Assembly: GCA_003693705.1 (NCBI GenBank)
Contig: RBZT01000495.1
Location: 1 to 38,005, forward strand
Reading direction: 5' to 3'
DNA from: Polymyxa betae A26-41
Lineage: Eukaryota; Protista; Endomyxa: Phytomyxea
DNA: 38,005 nt
Shown here: positions 23,067 to 38,005 of the stretch, piece after piece
Position numbering within the stretch: position 1 is the first letter of the stretch
How the letters are laid out: each line of letters starts with the position of its first letter
The notes under the pieces: generated by a model
Seen by the model: the letters and a program-made list of their open reading frames with translations, nothing else
What the model was told of the DNA's origin: nothing
Database searches by the model: none
Program-made: the position numbers and the translations under genes

Positions 23067-24120
23067 GTATCCTGTGTAGTCAACCAAACGATAATGGACG
23101 TAGAAAGTTCCGGTTAACAATGGTCTGAAGAAGGCAATTGAAGTTTCATTCCATAACATGAGATATTGCCACAAAAGGTTTAGCACGCCGATGCACTGTG
23201 CCGTTTGCTGGCTACCAAATAATAGGCTTGGTTTATGAAATCATAAGAAGTACTTCAGACCAGAATCATTCATTTGGAGGTTTCGTCCCTTCGTTTGAGT
23301 GCTTTAGTTTTTCGGCTAATTTGAAACAAATAGCCAAGAACATGGTTTCGTATTGTGTTGTTTGCGTTGTGTGAATAAAAGCATTCATTATGTCTTAACT
23401 CTGCTTAAACCCGGGCTCCATCTAACTTTGATGAGGCAAACACCTCGCAACTTATATCTGATGAAGGCTCTACAAAGCAGCCTCAGCTGCTCTTTATTCT
23501 GGTCGCTAGGCGCGATGGGTGTTTGCCCAATTATGCCTGGGGGCCGATACAGACTATAACGCAGCGTGAGATTTGGGTTCTGTTGTTGTGGATGATCAAA
23601 AAAGTTAATTCCTGTAAATAGCTCACCAATCAACATCATGGCGAGCTGAGGCTTTGTATTGCTTCATTGCCGTTTAGAAAAGTTATAAGATGACAGACAA
23701 GCATGCAAATTTGTATTCTTGAAAAACATTATTGGCTGAGAATCCAAATCTATCCGTCTTCCACAGCAAAACCCAACAAATCCAGATTTCTAGATCGCTT
23801 GGAAACCAGAATGATGGCGTGTGTTACGGGAAGTGCTACAATTCGCTACCAGACGTCAAAAGAAGCTAGGCCTACGCCGCCTTGATGGCAAGGAGATAAT
23901 TTACAAGGAAGAAAAGTCGCCGTTCACGAATCGCGACAGAGAAGATATTCCCGCGAAGTGGCACGTGTAGTCCCTGCAGGATCAATTTGTTGACGATCTT
24001 CAAGACTGTCTGCAGATTGCAGGGAATCCCAGCGGCATAGCCACAAACCGACGGCAATTCCCTGCAACTCATAGCGGTCAGTTTGCGTAACTGTCTTAAA
24101 ACCAACTTCTTCTAGAAGGT

Positions 24121-30374
<6,254 letters not shown>

Positions 30375-30967
30375 CCGATTATCCATTGTTTGAATATACT
30401 GTTCAGATTTTTAAATAGGCCTATTGGTTAGTATAATTGTATGGACCGATTGTTTGAATGTTGACCATCCTCATAATGGTCGTAATCCATCTTCTCACAA
30501 GCTGGACAGAATTGCCATACAAACCAGCATCAGATATATTCTTTACTCTTCTGTTTTGCCTGTTTGCTCTTATGCACATTGGAAGCAGTTGTTTTTTGAA
30601 TTTTGGCAGAAGTCGTTGTCAGGGAGTGAGGATCAAGCGCAAATCGTAGTTCTATCAAACCAAAATCGCCCTTTTTATAGGGCTGAGGACTATCTACAAT
30701 GAAATCCAATTCGGCCGCCTTGCAGCCCCTGAAATTCCTGCTGACAGGTTGCAGTAACATGTCAATCCGATGCCAAACTGTCTCGATAGAGCTTGTCGCT
30801 GTAATAGAGACTTTCATGGTGTCACTGCACGCTCTAGCTGCTGCTAGGATTATGAAATTAATGGTTGAGCTTCAATTCGCAAGTCTGGATTATGTCCTGC
30901 ATTGTGAATCTGCAAATCATCAGTGTATGCTCATCATCGGCTATCGTCGACATATAAGCAGAAAGCT

Positions 30968-31039
30968 TCCGAAATAGTATAGTGGTTTAGTATCCCCCCA
31001 TTTTCGGGTGAGACCGGGGTTCAATTCCCCGTTTCGGAG
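30968..31039 (+). pseudogene. tRNA-Asp-like gene with a disrupted anticodon arm (tRNA pseudogene or tRNA-like ncRNA)
   Basis: Perfect acceptor stem TCCGAAA/TTTCGGA with G discriminator, Asp-type D arm TAGTATAGTGGTTTAGTAT, perfect T arm CGGGG-TTCAATT-CCCCG and a downstream T-run. The anticodon arm is CCCCC-ATTTTC-GGGTG (6-nt loop, no GTC). Confidence 0.75.
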
Positions 31040-31534
31040 CTCTTTTTTGGCTTTTGACTTCGGTTTTTGGCATCGCCTCAATGCCCATTTATCGTACAAT
31101 CGAAATCCTAAAGGTAAGCTGCACTCAGCAATTTCCTAACAACGTTTTGTATAGCCGTCGGAGTTTCACAAAGATGGCGATGCTCATCGTCTGGGGTCGG
31201 GATTGGCGACCGCCTGCTCCAATTCGCATAAATGTTCTGCAACGATCTTTCGTCGTCATCAAGCAGAGCCGCCCTCAGCTTGATGGGTGGACACGGGTCA
31301 GCTTTCGACAACGAGATCCCGGGCGTTCCTGACGCCCGAACAATGTCGGCTATCATCACCCTCACTGACCCCAACACCCCATTCTGGGGCCGTGCTGGTC
31401 CATGCCGGGGAACGCATCCTCTCAGCTCGCGAATTTCGATTCGGTGAATCGGCGATCCTGGGGCCAGATTGAATTCATCAAAAAGCGAACCCGAATTCGT
31501 GCTCTGCAGGGCTGTCTGTCGACGCCGCCCGATT

Positions 31535-32191
31535 ATGTCGCTGTGCTCGCTCTGCATGGATCTGGTCGACAGCGCCTCCGTCTCGTGCGTCGCCGGTCCG
31601 CACCGATTCTGTCTATCGTGTTTCACGCGCTATGTCGCCGCTGAATGCGACTTCCTCAATGGTCGTGCATGGCCTTATATCACCTGTCCGTACGTTCGCA
31701 AAGGACAATGCGAATCGCGCGCCTTCGACGACGACTTCATCAGCGAGCATGTCGACACCGCCACGTATAACAAATACATGGAGGTCAAGCAGCAGCGCGA
31801 CGCTGTGAAACCAGCTCGGCCGGCGCCCATCACGCTCGACGATTACCGAACCGAAGTGATCGAGATGCTGAATCCAGCCTGTCCTCGATGTCAGACGACG
31901 TTCATCGATTTCTCCGGCTGCTGTTCGTTATCGTGCCGATTGTGTTCGTGCCATTTCTGTGCGTATTGTCTGCAGCCGAAGACCAACGTCCCTGGACATG
32001 TCATGAACTGTTGGTATCGAGACGCCGACGATTGGCGTCGTGGGCAGCTGGCTTCGGCTCGAACTCGCATCGTGGCGTTGCTGAAGCCTCTCCCCGAACA
32101 CGAACAACGACAGATTCTAAACAGCTGCCGAATCTATTTCCAGGAACTTAATGTTGATGTCGCCGCCATGACCAACGCCTTAAATCTTTGA
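31535..32191 (+). CDS. RBR-type E3 ubiquitin ligase-like protein (RING1 plus RING2/Rcat, no IBR), intronless
   Basis: RING1-like C..C...C....H.FC..C...CP......C, then CPRCQTTFIDFSGCCSLSCRLCSCHFCAYCL...H...C (Rcat pattern with the GC catalytic position). Confidence 0.75.
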   Translation: MSLCSLCMDLVDSASVSCVAGPHRFCLSCFTRYVAAECDFLNGRAWPYITCPYVRKGQCESRAFDDDFISEHVDTATYNKYMEVKQQRDAVKPARPAPITLDDYRTEVIEMLNPACPRCQTTFIDFSGCCSLSCRLCSCHFCAYCLQPKTNVPGHVMNCWYRDADDWRRGQLASARTRIVALLKPLPEHEQRQILNSCRIYFQELNVDVAAMTNALNL

Positions 32192-32235
32192 AATAAAGAA
32201 GGATATGGAGAGATCTATGACCGATTGCTCGGCCG

Positions 32236-32865
32236 ATGCCGTCCGCCTCATTTGTTAAGATGAGCGCCATCATCACCTCCGATGCCACCTCCATCATCAG
32301 CAGCGGCGTCATCGTCGAACGCCGCTCCTATCTTCGCCATTTCTACAAGCACGAGCTGCGTCGGAATCCGAACGCCGGATTCCCGAACCCGGAAAAGCTC
32401 CTGCTCAACCTTCTCGCTCTGCAAGGCACCGACGAACGCCTCTGGCGCGAACATCACTCGAAACGATTCGAGAAACTGTTTCGGCGCTTGACGAAGACCG
32501 GACATTGTCCGCGATACGCGTTGCTGAAAGGCGTCGAATGGCTCCGCGACAAGATCGCCGCGATGCCCGACGACCAGATCCCCATTATTCAGGAGGTCGT
32601 CTATCAAGGCCTGATTGCTGTCTGCCGACTGCTTGAACGATACGAAACCGAGCCGAAATGCCACGAACATCGAGACCAGACGATCGCTTGCACCGCCTTC
32701 ATCTACTATACAGATTTCATCTTCGACGTGGTCCGGTACGGGGCGGCGAATTGCGATCAGAAAGACGCGACGTGTTTCCGCGACTTGTTCGCCAAGATCG
32801 GCAACAATGAGATTCCGATTCACGATGTCCGACTGAAACATCCCAAAGGCGTTGTCATCGCCTAA
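32236..32865 (+). CDS. Hypothetical intronless protein (209 aa) in GC-rich island
   Basis: Open ORF with strong C/G bias at third codon positions, 44 nt downstream of the RBR-like ORF. No family recognised. Confidence 0.6.
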   Translation: MPSASFVKMSAIITSDATSIISSGVIVERRSYLRHFYKHELRRNPNAGFPNPEKLLLNLLALQGTDERLWREHHSKRFEKLFRRLTKTGHCPRYALLKGVEWLRDKIAAMPDDQIPIIQEVVYQGLIAVCRLLERYETEPKCHEHRDQTIACTAFIYYTDFIFDVVRYGAANCDQKDATCFRDLFAKIGNNEIPIHDVRLKHPKGVVIA

Positions 32866-32955
32866 CAACAGATTCTCATCGCTCTCCTCTATCTATCTGA
32901 TACATTCCAATCGCATCCCGTTAATCTGGCAGTATTAAGTCCTTCACGTAGATCA

Positions 32956-33022
32956 CTTTTGAATGCAATTCGATAGATGAAATCAGCTCTCTTTTGAATG
33001 CAATTTAATAGAAAAAATCAGT
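32956..33022. repeat. ~35-bp imperfect tandem duplication
   Basis: CTTTTGAATGCAATTcgATAGAtgAAATCAG followed by CTTTTGAATGCAATTtaATAGAaaAAATCAG. Confidence 0.8.
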
Positions 33023-34037
33023 ATCGATAGCTTCTGTTCGCTGGTACAAAATCTATCAAGATTCGTGGCATTCGTTTCATGGCAAAATGTTTCGAAACGC
33101 CTTAGTGGAATAACCGAGCAATTAGCTTTCACGTTAAACTATCTGGTACGATGGACACGATGATGGAGTGAGATCCTCCTCATGCAGATACAAAAAGTCG
33201 ATTCTGATCGCATAACGAAGGATAACAGATTGCAGGATCAGGTGATATCAAAATTATCTTTTTTTTGACGATTTTCATTTGAAGTTAGAAAGTGCTTGAC
33301 AATGCATTTGATGGGTTATCACGATATTGTTAGCGATATTTAAGATGAAATTCAAAACATTTCATTTGATGCTCTGTTTTGTATGGACTTCATGTACATT
33401 ACTTTGATCGAGAAATCATCGGGATTAACTCCTACTACTTCTGCATGAATTCACCTCTTTGAAAGCAATATCATTTCGCTTCGTTTGGAAACAACATCTC
33501 AGCAGCGTTGCTATTCTGACTATCGCCGTCCAGATACAACACATTGCTCGACATTCGTTTTTATCAATTGCCTATGACAAGAATCGTCAGGTTTGTCGAA
33601 GGACAAACAGTTCAGCCTTGAGGTGTCGCAAACGTTGCATAAAACTGCAATCAACCCATGAAGGTTAACAAGATAGGCGATAGCAGGCACAGATTCCATC
33701 GTGATCGGTCTCTGAGAACGAATTGCTGCGATCCAGGAGACCCGACGTGTTTCTCATTAACACCGTCCCGACAGTCGTTGGCTATCCAGGAATAAAGCAG
33801 CTGGAGAGCAGTCCCACGATCGGCTGGATGCTGTCAGATGGGAGTCTTTCACAAGCTAGAAATAAAGTCATAATTTGATTGCTTTTAAACAGCCTTTGAA
33901 CAATAAAATAATGGCAAATAAAAACTTCAAGAGTATGTCGTACGAGGTTTTCTCCAATTGTTGACTGGCTTTGCAGCCGTATTTTGATTCGAGGTGCCTT
34001 CCTTTCAGAGACACTAAAAATCAAAAACAAAAAACAA

Positions 34038-34111
34038 CGTCAAAGGTGGGACTCGAACCCACAACCTCTCGGTTAACAGCCGAACGCGCTGACCAGTTGC
34101 GCCACTCAGAC
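34038..34111 (-). tRNA. trnN-GTT: tRNA-Asn (GTT)
   Basis: GTCTGAG TG GCGC AACTGGTCA GCGC G TTCGG CTGTTAA CCGAG AGGTT GTGGG TTCGAGT CCCAC CTTTGAC G; folds as a cloverleaf with one T-T mismatch in the acceptor stem; downstream T-runs. Confidence 0.92.
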
Positions 34112-35009
34112 GATCACGGTTTTTAGTGTGCGGCTCCAAAGTTCAATTAGAAGTTATCGATACGGTTAACAAGCGAAAGCGTAGTATTTCTTTTGTCTGT
34201 TGTTATTTGTTAAGCAACTTCTTCACATAACGGCATTTAGCAGTAAAGATTTCATTCTTCTTTTGATGAAAAGTGAGCACTTTTACATACAGATGAGTTG
34301 AGATTTCAGAAATGATCACATTTAGCCGCACATGTAGCACTATCCGTTGGAGTAACGCTCTTCTGTTCGAATCTTCCATCTGATGAACGATGCGAGCAAC
34401 AATTATCCGACGCCAAGCGCAGGTCTGTAGATTGATTAATGAGATAATGGAATCGAACTTGAGTTTTGGTGTATCTAGATTATCAGTATGTTGATATTTA
34501 TTGGTCCCGAATGTTTACCCGCTTCTTCAGAAAAATGCTGGAACAAGGAGAAAGTACCTGTCATATGTGGGCGTAAACGGACAGCGAGCGTGAGGCGTCA
34601 GATTCTCTCTTGGCTACATATTCAGAAACACTTCATGATTTCTGCTTAATGTTAAATACGTCCAGTAGCGTTTAACGCTCCAAGAGTAGGCCTCCAATAT
34701 TTCCCAAAATGTTTCGGTAATGGTGGAATTTTCCACAATAAGATATCCTCTCCCATGCTCAACAGTAAAACAGCTTGGATTTTAGCATCCAAGGGATTGT
34801 TGATGTCTTGAGAGCCGTCGGTAACATTACTGGCTCCACTGTTTTTTAAACCGAGTAAATTCCCGACTCCGAATGGCAGGGTTATGCGCTTTGGGAAATC
34901 TGAGGATCCATCGTTCAGGGCGGATCGCAAACCAATCCAGATCGTGTATTTTGGCTGAAACGAGTTTGCAGATCTCAGCCTAACTTCTTCCTTAATCGGT
35001 GTAATTTGC

Positions 35010-35666
35010 CTAAGAAAAACTCATGGAACTTCTCGAACGATGTCGAGCTGGAAATAGGGTTTTCGAAGCCCAACTGGACGCCGTCCCGGTCAAGCACCTT
35101 TCTAGCAACGTTCGTAATACATTTGATAGAGTTTGGGTTAGGGTTGACATAACAGCAGGGACAAGTTCAGGAGCCGCCAGATTAAGCACAGGGCAGATTA
35201 CTGCACCTGCTGTAGCAGCAAAAGATATCGAGCGCAGCTGAGCTGAAGTCATCATAGCGGTGCTGTCCGGAGAAATAATCATCCAGGCTTCCCAGAATCC
35301 AGCATCCCTGTTAGCACACGAGACGAATCCATTCTTATCGCATTGCATAAAGTTTCCAGTGTGACAGCTAATAAAATACAGATTTCCGTATTGGTCAACT
35401 TCAACATCGAACCTGATTATGATTCGCAAATACACACTTTCCAGACGGTTGAACTTGTAAATTCCGCTGGTTCCATCTGGATTGAATGATGATCTTGTTA
35501 TCATCTGTTCTAATAAGCAGCATTGCTCCCACGCCTGAGTATTCCGATTGTGGCAACGCGCATGTCTCGAAATGAACTCGTTCTGCAAGTTCTTTCCAGT
35601 ACGGGGTCTAAGGCAAACAGGCGTCAATAGAGGTATAGTGACTGTCACAGAGGTGGAAGTAGCCAT
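35010..35666 (-). pseudogene. Fascin/actin-crosslinking-like beta-trefoil gene with an internal compensated double frameshift and probable 3' truncation
   Basis: Three internal repeats (GKNLQ...CHNRNTQAWEQ; RNLQVQPSGKCVFANHNQ; GNFMQCDKNGFVSCANRDAGFWEAW). The middle repeat is readable only in a shifted frame over ~35412-35524. Confidence 0.65.
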
Positions 35667-36086
35667 TGTCGGATATGGAGATGACAAGACAAGATGGACG
35701 ACAGACCGATGATGAGGTTCGGCTCTGGCACGCGAGGCCCCGCCACGCAAAATGACGGAATTCGAGAGCCGCCGTCCAGGTTGGGGTTTGTTTTCTTGTT
35801 TGGAGTTATTGATATAGTTAAGCGTTTTATCGAATATTCGAGTATTTCTGTTATCCAAATATCAGCTGCCCGAATACCCTGCTCTTGCTTCCTTGAAAAG
35901 TTTTTGGAACTCTTTCTGTGTCCATAGTCCATACGTATACGCAGAATGCATGAGACTGCCGACCGCTGTTTAATGCTCTGGTGTTCAAAATTTGATTGGT
36001 TTATAAACGAATATACAAGAAGGAGGCGCTTCGTCTTTTCGTGAAGGGCAGTTGGCAATTTGACATTGCAGTTAGAGGTCAGCATC

Positions 36087-36323
36087 ATGCCGGATCAACA
36101 GACTCTGGACTTCGTCAGGGGAGAACTGGAATCTCGAAATTGCACGGAGGAGGTTCTACAAGATCTCAACATCCAATGTGAGACCGACAAACCTAGTCGG
36201 ACTCTGCAAGGATGGATCAATAAACATGGACTGAAGCGTTTCCCCCACGTACGTATCAGCTCTGCGCAGAATGGAATTGTAAAATCCTCTCACTATCATA
36301 TCGTGAGAAAAGAACGACAATGA
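36087..36323 (+). mobile_element. Possible HTH (Clr5-like) remnant of a transposon-associated gene
   Basis: EEVLQDLNIQCETDKPSRTLQGWINKHGLKR resembles the S.RTL.R.L..WGL.R helix-turn-helix pattern; the ORF ends early. Confidence 0.3.
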
Positions 36324-36529
36324 ATCCATTTGCAAGCGTGCGATGGAGAGGATTTGATTGCCATTTCTTTTACAACCTAAATTAGGACAATTGGCCTGGA
36401 AATTGATTGTGTTTTATATCAATTTTTGAGTAAAATGTTGGGGTTTTGCTAAATTTTGTGAAAAAAAGCGAGTGTGTGACGGGTGTTTGGTCACTGTCTT
36501 CTCGCATTTCGTCATCTCGTCATCAACCA

Positions 36530-37900
36530 TGCTCAATCTAATTCCCGCGCCTGTCAGCTCTCGCCACCCGCTCAACGGCAATTCGACTAAGATTGCTGTC
36601 CAGCCCGCCGCTGGCTCCACCGTCCTTTGTCCGCGCCAATGAAGTGCATCATCTATGGTCTCTTGCCTCAGACAAAAATCGAGCATTGTCGACAAGCTGT
36701 TCTTCAACAGCATGCAGAAAATTGGCCTGCCCATGTCTTCTTCGTCAACTGGCAAAAATTGTTCTCTTCGAGCAAGAAACAACCTTCTAAGTTCAGACCG
36801 AAATCATGTTCGAATCTGGAGCTCGATTTGTATGCTTCCCTGAGAGAGAATGGTCCGGCCCGTCACCCTTTCTGATATATTTGGCAGACGCCTCATTCGA
36901 CACGTGGATCAGATCATCTTCTCAGGAGCTCCAATGAGTGAGCGTTTCATTAAGCGTGGCGAGTGCTTCCAGATCCCGATCAGTATTCGCAAAAATTATT
37001 TCAAATAGAATCAGTGCACAGTATTGTAGATCTGCTCTACCAAAACCGGGCGCAATCCGCAATCGGCCTGATCTGAACAGTTATTCTCTCGAACTCCAGA
37101 AAGTGGCTGACGATATTGACAGGCTTTTTTAATTGGGCCATCAAGCTGTCGGAGATTATTACGTTCGCTTTCCCAATATATCGACTACCTCTCTTTTATC
37201 AGAATTTCTACTAATCGCACGACTTACAACATGTTATGGGTCACCTCAACGCTAACACCAGTCTAACCAAGCTGCTGCATCTCCTAACTCAGCAGACCCT
37301 GCAGTGTTGAGCAAGAGACCGATCGACAGCTCCCCGACCTTTCGACCATCCCCATGATGCTCCGGATACATCATGCCTCAGCGGCTCTTCTCCGCACCAG
37401 CAGTACAGCAACCCCAACTCCCAGCCACGGCAGTTTCTTCCTCAGCGACTTCAGCAGGACCCTCGTCTGAGCGACCGTCTTGGCTACTGATGCACATGGC
37501 GACGCTGAATGGCATCAGCCATTAGCTGAGTCAACGCGCGCAACTTCATTGCGCAACCCACTACCCCGGTTCCCACCGAACCACCTACACAGGAAGCCGC
37601 GCCAGATGTGACGGTCACTTCAGCCCAATCCACATTGCCGGTCACTGTCACCCTGCCCACGTCTTCGACGGGCTCAGCACCCATCACGGAGCGCACATGT
37701 CCTGAAGCGCAGCCTCCGGTTATATGTATCGCCGTGAACTCGGAGATCCCTGATCAGCCCAAGGCTCCAGTGACCCATCCCACGGCGCAGCCCGCCACGA
37801 TGACGTCGATTACCAGCTGGCACCAGACTCGATGCCTACCGCCGCTCCAACATGTCATATTCTCTCATTCCATTCGTTACCAAGTACTTCCTTTATTTCA
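36530..37900 (+). pseudogene. Decayed intronless coding-like tract (possibly retroelement gag/ORF1 relic), Pro/Ser/Thr-rich at the 3' end
   Basis: Successive short ORFs broken by stops and frameshifts (MKCIIYGLLPQTKIE...; ...TVTLPTSSTGSAPIT...), GC-richer than the flanks. No diagnostic motif. Confidence 0.25.
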
Positions 37901-38005
37901 CTTTCCTTTTACATTTTCTTAGGAAGATTCTAAGATCGATATCTACCTTTCTTTCCTGTGCCGTTCGATGGTATCTGCGTACTTTCGATCCTTATCTTCC
38001 ATTCG

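Noticed and set aside
31108-31626. 172-aa minus-strand ORF
   Set aside because: Overlaps the RBR-like ORF antisense; expected in GC-rich DNA.
31342-32277. MSAIIT occurs at the start of two island ORF segments (31342 and 32260)
   Set aside because: No similarity beyond six residues and the codons differ; treated as coincidence.
32248-32868. 206-aa antisense ORF
   Set aside because: Mirror of 32236-32865 caused by GC3-biased codons; the plus strand is preferred for co-orientation and composition.

Overview
Gene-dense, intron-rich eukaryotic (protist) genomic DNA with many short (~45-60 nt) GT-AG introns and one 63-N assembly gap. Composition and gene style suggest a phytomyxid (Spongospora/Plasmodiophora-like); this is an inference only. 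In order, the window holds the 5' end of S-adenosylmethionine synthetase, COX6A, UBE2S, a spliced hypothetical gene, XPB/ERCC3, a coiled-coil hypothetical ORF, a small Cys-rich putatively secreted protein, a TMEM128-like gene, a Csm1/Pcs1 (monopolin)-like gene, a CBS-domain protein and an Aa_trans amino-acid transporter. Next come two inverted HSP20 copies (the second frameshifted) that bracket Spc24 and a NIPA Mg2+ transporter, then a long type II P-type ATPase. After these are a tRNA-Asp-like gene whose anticodon arm alone is destroyed, a GC-rich intronless two-ORF island (one ORF an IBR-less RBR-type E3), tRNA-Asn(GTT), a fascin-like beta-trefoil gene with a compensated double frameshift, and decayed TE-like sequence. 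I cannot demonstrate a complete novel system. The best leads are the tRNA-like gene plus adjacent island, the inverted HSP20 duplication, the hairpin/palindrome at the gap and the beta-trefoil gene. All exon boundaries were inferred by eye.
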